The notes under the pieces: generated by a model | What the model was told of the DNA's origin: nothing | What the model saw: the letters and a program-made list of their open reading frames with translations, nothing else | Database searches by the model: none | DNA from: Ignavibacteriota bacterium | GTDB taxonomy: Bacteria > Bacteroidota > Ignavibacteria > CAWHAG01 | Assembly (NCBI GenBank): GCA_963827285.1 | Contig: CAWHAG010000001.1 | Coordinates: 51,821 to 115,820 of the forward strand | Direction of reading: 5' to 3' | Length of the DNA stretch: 64,000 nt | Made by a program: the position numbers and the translations under genes | Part shown: positions 35,734 through 44,510 of the stretch, one piece after another | Numbering within the stretch: the first letter of the stretch is position 1 | How the letters are laid out: each line of letters opens with the position of its first letter

Positions 35734-38691
35734 ATGAGCAACCAGCGTACAATCGCAAAAGCACAACTCGAAAAGCTCGTCAGCTATTTTGAGCAGAACA
35801 TTCATGAGCTCAAAGCCTCTTCCTTCAACGAAGCACAAGCCCGGCAATACCTCATCAACCCGCTCTTTGAAGCGCTGGGCTGGGATGTACGCAACAAACA
35901 GATGTTGCCCCCGTACAAACTCGAAGTTCTCCCCGAAGGACGCGTCAGAACCACGGTTGGCAAAGTCGTGAAAGAGCAAACAGCCTTGTTTGATAGGTCC
36001 ACCGGGGTGAAGGAAGAACTGGCAGAGTACGCGTCAATGCTTGAATACATCGCCGACGATGAATATAAAGCAGACCAGAGGCTCGCGACCAAGAAGCCTG
36101 ACTACCGCTTCCGCATTCAAGGCTCCACGAAGTTCTTCGTCGAAGCGAAGAAGCCAGCAGTGGATCTGATAAACAGCTTCGATGCGATCTTTCAGATCAA
36201 GCGCTATGGATTCTCAGCCCGTGTGCCCGTTTCGATCCTGACCGACTTTGAAGAGTTCCGTGTATTCGATTGCACCAGACGCCCGTTTTTCGACAAGCCG
36301 AAAGTCGGAGTCATCAAGGAATTCGACTTGACCTACAAAGTCTATCTTGATGAGTTTGACAGACTTTACGACACTTTCTCGCGCGAAGCCGTCCTTGCGG
36401 GCTCCATCGAAGCTCTCCAGAAGAAATATCTTGAAAAGCGAACCGGCGAGTTTACCCTTGACCGTGAATTTCTCGACGATCTCTCGGGGTGGCGGCTTGA
36501 GCTTGCCAAGGATGTCGCTAAGCATCCAAAGAACCGACGTGTTCTTAATGAGCACACACTCAAGGAATGCGTGCAGCGCATTCTAGACAGGATTGTGTTT
36601 CTCAGAGTCTGTGAAGACCGCGGTATTGAAGAAACCGGAACACTCCTTGCGATCTTACGACTTTGGCAAGACCATCCTGGACTTTCTCTGTACGAGCAGT
36701 TCAACAAGTTGATTGACCTAAGGAGGTCGCTCTACAACGGATTATTGTTCGTTCAACATGAATGTGAAAACCTTGTAGTCGGCGACAAAATCCTTGAAAG
36801 CATCTTCAAGAATATTAACTATCCGCTGTCGCCGTATCATTTTGACGAGATCGGTGTCGAGATCTTAGGCAGTATCTATGAGCGGTTCCTTGGGCAGACG
36901 ATCAAGCTTACTGCGAAGCAGGTACGGGTAGAGCATAAGCCGGAAGTACGAAAAGCGGGTGGCGTTTATTACACACCGCAATACATCGTTAATTACATCG
37001 TTGACAATACGGTGGGGAAGCTCATTGTGGGAAAGACACCGAAACAGATCGAGAAGCTCAGGGTCATCAACATCGCTTGCGGGAGCGGAAGTTTCTTGTT
37101 GGGTGCACTTCAGAAGCTGATTGATTACCATGAGCAGTATTACACCGAACATCCCAAGGAGATCGAAGAGAAGCATGGCGTCCGCGATGCGTATGAAGAC
37201 GTGCAGGGAAGATTGGTGCTTTCGGCAAGAAAAAAGAAAGAGATCTTAGTCAACAATATTTTTGGAGTAGATATTGACCAGCAAGCGGTGGAAGTAACGC
37301 AGATGTCATTGTACCTGAAAGTCCTTGAGAACGAGAACGATGCCACGCTGAACAAACCGACGATGTTGGCACTCCACGAGGTGTTGCTGCCACCGCTCAA
37401 AAACAACGTCAAGTGCGGCAACTCGCTGATTGGGACGGATTTTCTTGCACAGGGTGAATTGTTCGATGAAGAATCTCGTCGGAAGGTGAATCCGTTCGAT
37501 TGGGAGATGGAGTTTGGCGATATCATGAAGAGGGGAGGATTCAATTGCGTGATTGGCAATCCACCGTATGGAGCTGAGTTAAGGAAAATTGAGAGAGGAT
37601 ACTTGGAACAAAAATTCAATCTGAATACAACAGATACATCTGCTTTAATGATGAGGCAGGCGTACGAACTTCTAAAACAAAATGGCCGCATTGGGCTTAT
37701 CATTCCTAAACCTTTTATTTATGCCTCAAATTGGGAAAAGACTCGGCAGTTCTTTCTCGATGATATTGAAACGATTGTTGATGTTTCAAAGGTTTGGCGA
37801 GAAGTGAAGTTGGAGCAAGCCATATTCATTGCTAGAAGGGAATCTCAATTAGGTACGTATGGCTCGTTCGTTCGTGACGATGACCGATTCAAATTTGTTG
37901 CGTCGGTTGACAAAAAGCTCTGCAGGAAGTATAGATTCATCTTGAACAGCTTGAATGAGAAAGAGATTGATGTGGGTACTAAGATTGCTTCTGCTAGTGG
38001 ATGCTTAGGTGAAATCACCATAAATCAGAGAGGCGGAATGTTCCAATCGGAGCTTGCTAACAGAGGTTCTCTTAAGGTTATTGGCGGAAAGCAGTTGGAT
38101 CGATACTCAATAGACCCTAAACCGAAAGGATATATCGGTAAGGGAAAAATCAGTGACAAAAAAGCACTTATCAAAAAGAACTCGATTCTTGCACAGAACA
38201 TAATTGCACATATTCAGAATCCGATTGATCATATAAAGATAACCGCAACGATTATACCGGACTCCGAACGAGAGCATTACTTGATCTTGGATACCATAAA
38301 TCAGTTTGAATGCAAATCTCCATATTCTAATCGATACGTTCTAGCAATCATATGTTCAGCTTTGATGAACTGGTATGTGTATCGGTTTATGTTTGCCAAA
38401 GCAATTCGGACAATGCATTTTGATGCAGTCGTCACAGATAGGCTTCCCATCCGCACCATCAACCTCAACAATCCAACCGAGAAACGGATGCACGACGACC
38501 TAGTTGCGCTCGTGGACAAGATGCTTGAACTCCACAAGCAGCTCAACAAAGCAAATTTTGACAGTGAGAAAGAGCCGATCCAACGCCAGATTGCTGTGAC
38601 GGATAAGAAGATTGATGAGCTGGTTTATAAGCTGTACGGGTTGACTGAGGAGGAGATAAAGATTGTAGAGGGTAACCGCAGAACAGGTTGA
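35734..38691 (+). CDS. Type IIG restriction-modification enzyme (fused PD-(D/E)xK nuclease, N6-adenine methyltransferase and specificity domain; Eco57I-like)
   Basis: N-terminus NEAQARQYLINPLFEALGWDV and PDYRF...KFFVEAKKP (nuclease motif). Methylase motifs GGVYYTPQYIV, NIACGSGSFLLGA, IFGVDIDQQAVE and CVIGNPPYG. A long C-terminal TRD-like region follows. Confidence 0.85.
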   Translation: MSNQRTIAKAQLEKLVSYFEQNIHELKASSFNEAQARQYLINPLFEALGWDVRNKQMLPPYKLEVLPEGRVRTTVGKVVKEQTALFDRSTGVKEELAEYASMLEYIADDEYKADQRLATKKPDYRFRIQGSTKFFVEAKKPAVDLINSFDAIFQIKRYGFSARVPVSILTDFEEFRVFDCTRRPFFDKPKVGVIKEFDLTYKVYLDEFDRLYDTFSREAVLAGSIEALQKKYLEKRTGEFTLDREFLDDLSGWRLELAKDVAKHPKNRRVLNEHTLKECVQRILDRIVFLRVCEDRGIEETGTLLAILRLWQDHPGLSLYEQFNKLIDLRRSLYNGLLFVQHECENLVVGDKILESIFKNINYPLSPYHFDEIGVEILGSIYERFLGQTIKLTAKQVRVEHKPEVRKAGGVYYTPQYIVNYIVDNTVGKLIVGKTPKQIEKLRVINIACGSGSFLLGALQKLIDYHEQYYTEHPKEIEEKHGVRDAYEDVQGRLVLSARKKKEILVNNIFGVDIDQQAVEVTQMSLYLKVLENENDATLNKPTMLALHEVLLPPLKNNVKCGNSLIGTDFLAQGELFDEESRRKVNPFDWEMEFGDIMKRGGFNCVIGNPPYGAELRKIERGYLEQKFNLNTTDTSALMMRQAYELLKQNGRIGLIIPKPFIYASNWEKTRQFFLDDIETIVDVSKVWREVKLEQAIFIARRESQLGTYGSFVRDDDRFKFVASVDKKLCRKYRFILNSLNEKEIDVGTKIASASGCLGEITINQRGGMFQSELANRGSLKVIGGKQLDRYSIDPKPKGYIGKGKISDKKALIKKNSILAQNIIAHIQNPIDHIKITATIIPDSEREHYLILDTINQFECKSPYSNRYVLAIICSALMNWYVYRFMFAKAIRTMHFDAVVTDRLPIRTINLNNPTEKRMHDDLVALVDKMLELHKQLNKANFDSEKEPIQRQIAVTDKKIDELVYKLYGLTEEEIKIVEGNRRTG

Positions 38692-38778
38692 ACAAGGCAA
38701 GGAGTGTGTAGTACCGATGCAACCCCCTGTAGTCCCCGTTGCTAAGAGGGACAAAGTGAACTGGCTCGTGCGTTGTTT

Positions 38779-38799
38779 CCCCTCCTTGTCAAGGAGGGG
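38779..38799. repeat. Strong hairpin CCCCTCCTT-gtc-AAGGAGGGG
   Basis: A perfect 9-bp stem 88 nt after the RM gene stop, with no T tract. Confidence 0.5.
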
Positions 38800-39046
38800 A
38801 TCAAGGGGTGGTCAAAGAAAATGAACAACTCTCTGTGACAACGACAAAAGTGTTTAACCGGACGACCGAAAAAAACAAAACGACGGTTGCTCCGCAACAA
38901 TATGCCGAAAGCGGAAATAATATTGTGGTCCAAACTGAAGGGAAGAGAAATGCTTGGTTACAAATTCCACAGACAATTTTGACGGTTGTTTCTAACTGCA
39001 GAAAGCACATTTCTCACTGATTGTCAATACTTGGAGGTACGACGCC

Positions 39047-39637
39047 ATGAACAATTCCGATCAAGCGAAGTCATTGCACGTACTCGGCATCTCCGGTAGC
39101 TTGCGCAAGGGTTCTTACAACACAGCAGCGTTGCGGGCGGCGGCTGAGTTAGCACCTCCTCGAATGACGATTGAGATTTTTGACCTATCATCCATTCCAC
39201 TATTTAATGCCGATTTATGGATTGCGGGTTTCCCGGAGCCTGTCCAACATTTTCGTGATCGCATTGCTGCCGCAGATGCGCTACTGATCGCAACACCAGA
39301 ATACAACTACTCAGTCCCCGGCGTACTCAAGAATGCAATTGACTGGGCATCGCGTTCACCAGACCCACCGCTTAGTGGCAAACCGCTTGCAATCATGGGT
39401 GCCACGACGGGCAACTGGGGGACCGTGCGTGCACAACTGCATCTGCGCCAAGTATGTGTCTTTACGAACATGCTGCCGTTAAATCAGCCAGAGGTGCTTA
39501 TCGCTCGTGCACAGGAGAAGTTTGATGTAAGTGGTCATCTCACCGACGAACTAACACGGGATTTCATCCGGAAGCTCCTCGAGGCACTAGCAGATTGGAC
39601 GCTAAGACTTCGTGGAACCAAGAAAGACTCTTTATAA
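39047..39637 (+). CDS. NADPH-dependent FMN reductase family protein
   Basis: VLGISGSLRKGSYNTAALRAA and ATPEYNYSVPGVLKNAIDWASR. Confidence 0.85.
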   Translation: MNNSDQAKSLHVLGISGSLRKGSYNTAALRAAAELAPPRMTIEIFDLSSIPLFNADLWIAGFPEPVQHFRDRIAAADALLIATPEYNYSVPGVLKNAIDWASRSPDPPLSGKPLAIMGATTGNWGTVRAQLHLRQVCVFTNMLPLNQPEVLIARAQEKFDVSGHLTDELTRDFIRKLLEALADWTLRLRGTKKDSL

Positions 39638-39673
39638 GCAACCTATTTCAAACATTCAAGAAGGAGAACACCT

Positions 39674-40102
39674 ATGTCAATATTCACGAAACCCTTTACA
39701 AATTCATCAGTAGGACTACTGCTGCTTCGCCTCGTTCTCGGGGTCACCTTTTTTGCACACGGCGCTCAGAAAGTCTTGGGCTGGTTTGGTGGATACGGAC
39801 TTTCTACGACCGCGACCTTTTTTCAAAGCACATGGGGCATGCCTGCATTCTTGGCTTACTTGGCTGCCTTCACAGAGTTGCTGGGTGGCATAGCGATGTT
39901 GGTTGGAGTGCTCAGCAGGATTTTCTCTCTCGGTCTTGCAATTGATATGCTTGTAGCGATATTCCTTGTTCACATTTCAAATGGATTCTTCAATCCAGGT
40001 GGGTTTGAGTTTCCGATGAGTTTGCTTGTGTTGGCAATCGTCATATTCTTGCGTGGACCCGGTGATTACAGCATTGACAAAAAGCTATTCGCTTCGGAAT
40101 GA
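39674..40102 (+). CDS. DoxX family membrane protein
   Basis: LLLLRLVLGVTFFAHGAQKVLGWFGGYG and four hydrophobic helices. Confidence 0.85.
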   Translation: MSIFTKPFTNSSVGLLLLRLVLGVTFFAHGAQKVLGWFGGYGLSTTATFFQSTWGMPAFLAYLAAFTELLGGIAMLVGVLSRIFSLGLAIDMLVAIFLVHISNGFFNPGGFEFPMSLLVLAIVIFLRGPGDYSIDKKLFASE

Positions 40103-40454
40103 TTGCAGGCGCTCTATCACGATGTCCTTAGCCAATATACGTTTGAGAAAGCAATCGGCTCGAACTTGGAACAGTTGGAGATAGTCTGAAGAGTACAGTG
40201 ATGCCCTTGTATCGTGCGTTAGCTCGATGGGAAGTGTGACTGAGAAGCCAAGAAGATTAAACCTGCACGCCAGGCTAGTTGTCTATATATAACGTAGAAG
40301 TGACACCAAGATCAAACGGAACGAAATGTGTGCAGATATTGTCCGAGCAGTTCTGGCGCGAGTGGGGATTGACTTGGGAAAACTGATCTGCCCTTGAGTG
40401 GATGTTCGCTGGTAAGTAAGAAAAGGGTTATCACATCATAGGGGAGGACAAAAC

Positions 40455-41684
40455 GTGGCACGGGAAAATGGGGTGCGGTTTCGGAGGGCGAGACGAATCG
40501 CCTTCATCTGTTTCTCTGAGTCAAATGGGGGTTTGGAACTAACCACCGTAGGACTTGCTGCCAAAGTGTGCAGACGATCCGCTGAGGCAATGTTGATCGT
40601 TCCCCCGGACACGCCTATGGCAGATGCTGCGAAGCGGGAGAACCTTTGCGTTGTTCATCTTCGTCCGCGGCTCAAGTATGGAGATGTCGTGGCATCAATC
40701 CAACTGGCGGAGATTCTGCGCGCTCACGAGGTTGATGTTGCGGTCATTATGCAATCTGGAGATCTGAATGTTGCCGCAATTGCCAAGCAGGTGTACCCTA
40801 GGGTGAAACTCGTTTTCTATCAGCAGATGCAGTCCGGGCTTGACAAACGGGATTTGCTCCATACGTGGATCTACTCGAAGCTCTCGCTTTGGATCTCACT
40901 CACGAACAGGATGAGACAGGAGGTGCTTGAGCATACGCGAGTACCGGGTGAGAAAATCAGAGCGGTACCGTTGGGTGTCGATACGGGATTGTATGCCCCG
41001 GATAGGTATGACAGAATCCGCGCGAGAAAATATTTCAACTTACCTTCCGATAGACCGATTGTGGGCACACTCACTCGACTCGATCCCAAGAAAGGACTTG
41101 AGGATTTACTGCGTGCGATCCCACTGGTGTTGGAGCGTCATCAGACGGTGCTGTTTGCTGCTGCTGGAGAGGAGACCAATGGCAAGGCTGGATATAAGGA
41201 CTGCCTTATGCGAGTGTGTAAGGAATTAGCAATTGAAACGCACGTCACATTTCTTCCCTTCACAAGCAATGTCAGCCGGTATCTCGCCGCGCTTGACCTT
41301 TTCGTTCTCCCTTCCCACAGTGAGACCTTCGGTCTCGCCCTGATTGAGGCAATGGCAATGCAACGAGCGGTGATCGCTACTGATGCAGGTGGTGTTCCAG
41401 AAATTGTGGAAGATGGTAAGAGCGGTCTTCTCGTTCCTCCGCGGGATAGTGTGGCGCTTGCTGGAGCTGTCAATCGCTTGCTGGATGATCCTGCGTATCG
41501 TTTGGCGCTCGGGAAATGTGCGCGAAAATGCGTCCTTGATGCATTTGACGCAAAGAAGTGCACCGACAGGCTCGTTTCCTCAATTGACTCGCTGTTTCAA
41601 GCGAGCGATGAGAGGTTAGCAGAGACTGTGTTGCGTTTGCAGGGCTGCGAGCGAACCAACCTACGGCTCCAAGCGCAGGACTAG
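40455..41684 (+). CDS. Family-4 (GT-B) glycosyltransferase
   Basis: LPSHSETFGLALIEAMAMQRAVIATDAGGVPEIVEDGKSGLLVPP (the E-x7-E region). Confidence 0.85.
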   Translation: MARENGVRFRRARRIAFICFSESNGGLELTTVGLAAKVCRRSAEAMLIVPPDTPMADAAKRENLCVVHLRPRLKYGDVVASIQLAEILRAHEVDVAVIMQSGDLNVAAIAKQVYPRVKLVFYQQMQSGLDKRDLLHTWIYSKLSLWISLTNRMRQEVLEHTRVPGEKIRAVPLGVDTGLYAPDRYDRIRARKYFNLPSDRPIVGTLTRLDPKKGLEDLLRAIPLVLERHQTVLFAAAGEETNGKAGYKDCLMRVCKELAIETHVTFLPFTSNVSRYLAALDLFVLPSHSETFGLALIEAMAMQRAVIATDAGGVPEIVEDGKSGLLVPPRDSVALAGAVNRLLDDPAYRLALGKCARKCVLDAFDAKKCTDRLVSSIDSLFQASDERLAETVLRLQGCERTNLRLQAQD

Positions 41685-42099
41685 CGGCTTGACCAAGTTA
41701 CACGCGTTCCATTCTATTCCATCTTTCCCCAAAGTGACATGACAGTCGTGCCAGTCTCAATCTAATTCTCCCACCGCAAGATCATTTCAAATTTAGCAGA
41801 ATCCTCCGTGAGGCAGTTCAGGCAACAGACGTGAACTCGCCGGCCTAGCAACCAGATCACCACTCCACAGGTTTTGTTTGATCCGCTATGGCTACAACGG
41901 CAAAGATGTCGTTGATCCCGCCAAGAAATTCAATGATGAGCCAACGCCGCTTATTTCATATAAAGACTTCCGCCGAATTTTACGAATGAAGCACGAATAT
42001 CCTAGTTCCAAGATTGGCAAACTGCTTGACTTCTTGGATCGAAATGGTTATATTTTCGTTGGCAGTAAGCTCTTTTCCGACTTATGCGAATGGAGGTAG

Positions 42100-42384
42100 A
42101 ACCATCGAAGAGAATGCAGGCAGCACCGTCTCAGAGAACCAAGCACGGGATGCTTTGCACGAGTGCTACGACCCCGACATTCCGGTGAATGAGATTGATT
42201 TGGCATAAATCTATCATGTGGAGATCGTCAATGACTGAGGGAGAAGTGACGACGACCTTGATCTCTCTAGGTTGCCCAGCAGATTCCTGGAGTCAGTCAA
42301 TGAGCTAGACGTTCATGTCGTCTGGGGACCCCAGGGACTCCCAACATGATGTCCGAAGCTGCACGCAAACAACTCTCCGGTTAG
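42100..42384 (+). pseudogene. Decayed DUF59 (SufT/MIP18-like Fe-S assembly) gene: one nonsense codon and at least three frameshifts
   Basis: Stitched across three frames it reads ...ARDALHECYDPDIPVNEIDLA*IYHVEIVND / EGEVTTTLISLGCPA / ...ELDVHVVWG / PGTPNMMSEAARKQLSG*. That follows the DUF59 pattern DPEIPVNIVDLGLIY...MTLTSPGCP...VVWDPPWTPDMMSE. Confidence 0.7.
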
Positions 42385-42418
42385 GAGTTGCCTTCATTCA
42401 AGGTTGGAGGACGGTGCT

Positions 42419-43321
42419 ATGAGGACTCCATCCTATTTCCGATTATATGCTTCAGGAGAACTTCGAGAGCGGGCTGAGCAACTACGAGCAATGCTGACTG
42501 ACTGCACAGTATGCCCACGTGAGTGCCGTGTGAATCGCGTTGCCGGGAGAATTGGGAAGTGTCGCTCCACCGCAGAGGTAGTGATATCCAGCGTGTCCCC
42601 GCACTTCGGTGAAGAACCACCGTTGGTAGGCTATGGTGGATCTGGCACCATTTTCTTCACAAACTGCAACTTGTGCTGTCTCTTCTGCCAGAACTATGAC
42701 ATCAGTCATCTCAAGCGAGGTCGCCCAGTTACGAAGGATGAACTCGCTGGCGCGATGCTTCAGCTCCAGCGTGTGGGATGTCATAACATCAATCTTGTCA
42801 CCCCAACACACTATGCACCTCAAATTGTAGAAGCGTTCCTCACTGCTGTGGAAAAAGGACTGAGTATCCCCATCGTGTACAACTGTGGTGGATACGAATC
42901 GGTTGAGACTCTCCGCTTGCTCGATGGGATTGTGGACATCTATATGCCTGACATCAAATATTCAAATGATGAACATGCGAGAAGATACTCTGGTGTCAAG
43001 GATTACTGGCGGGTAGTTCAAGCGGCAATCAGAGAGATGCACAGACAGGTTGGCGATTTGACTGTGAACAAGGATGGTATCGCAGAGCGAGGATTGCTGA
43101 TTCGGCATCTAATCCTGCCAAACAGGATAGCAGGTTCAGAGAAAGTCCTGCAGTTCATCTCGCAGGCAATCTCACGGGAAAGTTATGTGAATATCATGGA
43201 TCAATATCGCCCATGCTTCAAAGCAGATAAGCTCCCGGAGCTCAACCGTGTCATTAGGAGTCAGGAGTTTCACGAGGTGATCGCACTGGCTCAACGGTTG
43301 GGATTGAAGCGGAGATCTTGA
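42419..43321 (+). CDS. Radical SAM protein (PflX / pyruvate-formate-lyase-activase-like family)
   Basis: FFTNCNLCCLFCQNYDIS (Cx3Cx2C) in a ~300-aa protein. ATG at 42419; the ORF track starts at 42404. Confidence 0.85.
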   Translation: MRTPSYFRLYASGELRERAEQLRAMLTDCTVCPRECRVNRVAGRIGKCRSTAEVVISSVSPHFGEEPPLVGYGGSGTIFFTNCNLCCLFCQNYDISHLKRGRPVTKDELAGAMLQLQRVGCHNINLVTPTHYAPQIVEAFLTAVEKGLSIPIVYNCGGYESVETLRLLDGIVDIYMPDIKYSNDEHARRYSGVKDYWRVVQAAIREMHRQVGDLTVNKDGIAERGLLIRHLILPNRIAGSEKVLQFISQAISRESYVNIMDQYRPCFKADKLPELNRVIRSQEFHEVIALAQRLGLKRRS

Positions 43322-43352
43322 TATAACAACATTTGTAGGGCGTCATGCCAGA

Positions 43353-43437
43353 CGAATGTCGAATGACGAATTACGGAGGTCGAGTTTTGATATGACGACA
43401 CTGTAGGGTAACTTCGTAATTCGCAATTCGTAATTCC
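43353..43437. repeat. Inverted pair of heptanucleotide arrays: (CGAATKN)x3 at 43353-43373 and (YAATTCS)x3 at 43417-43437
   Basis: cgaatgt cgaatga cgaatta ... taattcg caattcg taattcc, intergenic. Confidence 0.6.
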
Positions 43438-43466
43438 TACGTTTCCCACTTAATTGTTGCATAAGC

Positions 43467-44156
43467 ATGCAACGGGAGGTTTGTATCATGGTTACAAAAT
43501 CTGTTACGAAGGGGCTACTTGCTCTTGCTTTTGCAGGCACATTTTGCCTCATGTGTCATCTTGCAGGATGCGTTAGCTCTGGGGAGTTTACCTTGGGTGA
43601 ATACGATGCATTGCCTTCGTTAGTCAAGTATTCCTCCTTCGAATTCCCCATGAGCGGTCGGTTCATGCGGCAAGAAGAAAAAATCCGCTTGCGCACCCAT
43701 ATTGATCGTGAAGGCAACGTGGACAATGTCATCTTGATCCAGGATCTGGGGGATGCGGCCTGCAATGATGCCGTGCTCAGAGGAGTCAAAGGATGGAAGT
43801 ATACCCCTGCTGTCAGGAAGGGGCAACCGGAACCTGTCTGGATTGAGCAAACGGTGAAAGTGAGATTCACAGACCTGAAGCGATTGACGCTTTCTATAAT
43901 TCGTGTGGCAACAGAATCCCTTGCCGATTCTCTATGGCAGCTGCTCAACGCCGGGAAAGATTTTTCTGAAATAGCAAAAGTGTTTTCTCTTGACACGTCA
44001 GCTTCCGCTGGTGGTTTTCTCGGCGAGGTTGAAGTTCAGCAGTTAGAGATGCAAGTCTATAATGCTGTATCCAGACTCTCTGTCGGAGAACTTACTGAAC
44101 CGATTTCCACCTCGAGAGGATTCGCGATCTATAAGCGATTAAGCAAGACTCATTGA
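43467..44156 (+). CDS. Lipoprotein fusing a TonB-C-terminal-like domain to a PpiC/parvulin-type peptidyl-prolyl isomerase domain
   Basis: Lipobox HLAGC. REGNVDNVILIQDLGDAACNDAVLRGVKGWKYTPAVRKGQPEPVWIEQTVKVRF is TonB_C-like. LLNAGKDFSEIAKVFSLDTSASAGGFLGEV...LSVGELTEPISTSRGFAIYKR is parvulin-like. Confidence 0.65.
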   Translation: MQREVCIMVTKSVTKGLLALAFAGTFCLMCHLAGCVSSGEFTLGEYDALPSLVKYSSFEFPMSGRFMRQEEKIRLRTHIDREGNVDNVILIQDLGDAACNDAVLRGVKGWKYTPAVRKGQPEPVWIEQTVKVRFTDLKRLTLSIIRVATESLADSLWQLLNAGKDFSEIAKVFSLDTSASAGGFLGEVEVQQLEMQVYNAVSRLSVGELTEPISTSRGFAIYKRLSKTH

Positions 44157-44510
44157 CACGATTGGTTTGTTGACGGTTGGATTCCAGATTCTTTTGGATA
44201 ACAAGAACGGCATGGAGATGCTGGCACCATTCATTTCCAGTTGCCGGTAGGCAATTCGGTGGAGCAAGAAGTTGTTCGATTCTGTCCGCGTAGGTCTCCG
44301 GCTGAAATCCACGCTTGAGCTTGGTCCCACCGAGAATCGCCGTGGCGGAACATGGAACTTGGGGGGCAAGCTTGCCTGCGTACACGGGACTCCATTTTCA
44401 CAAGGGGATGGAATCGCTTTGACCTGACCATCGCGGTGCCAAGGCATTGCAGGCTAAGCAGAGAGCGTCCGCAATGACTTGTCGGAAATCTTTGCTCAAG
44501 AGGCGAGAAC

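Noticed and set aside
37140-37703. 187-aa minus-strand ORF
   Set aside because: It is antisense to the methyltransferase core of the Type IIG enzyme.
38808-39020. 70-aa ORF after the R-M gene (MVKENEQLSVTTTKVFNRTTEKNKTT...)
   Set aside because: It has a GTG start inside a hairpin element, low-complexity T/N/K-rich sequence, no SD and no recognisable family. I cannot support it as a gene.
40103-40190. Short in-frame stretch LQALYHDVLSQYTFEKAIGSNLEQLEIV* resembling the C-terminus of a lost gene
   Set aside because: It is only 28 codons, with no start and no identifiable family.
41878-42099. 73-aa ORF upstream of the DUF59 pseudogene
   Set aside because: It has a TTG start, no SD and no recognisable motif. 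It may be real or part of the decayed region, and the evidence is insufficient either way.
44268-44292. tRNA-like T-loop (gttcgattc)
   Set aside because: The flanking bases do not form a T stem, and no acceptor, D or anticodon arms can be drawn.
44157-44510. Possible remnant of a minus-strand gene (fragments such as KDFRQVIADAL and ILGGTKLKRGFQPETYADRIEQLL in different frames)
   Set aside because: The fragments look protein-like, but I cannot assign them to a family (I considered a transposase) and the frames are broken. A tblastx search would be needed.
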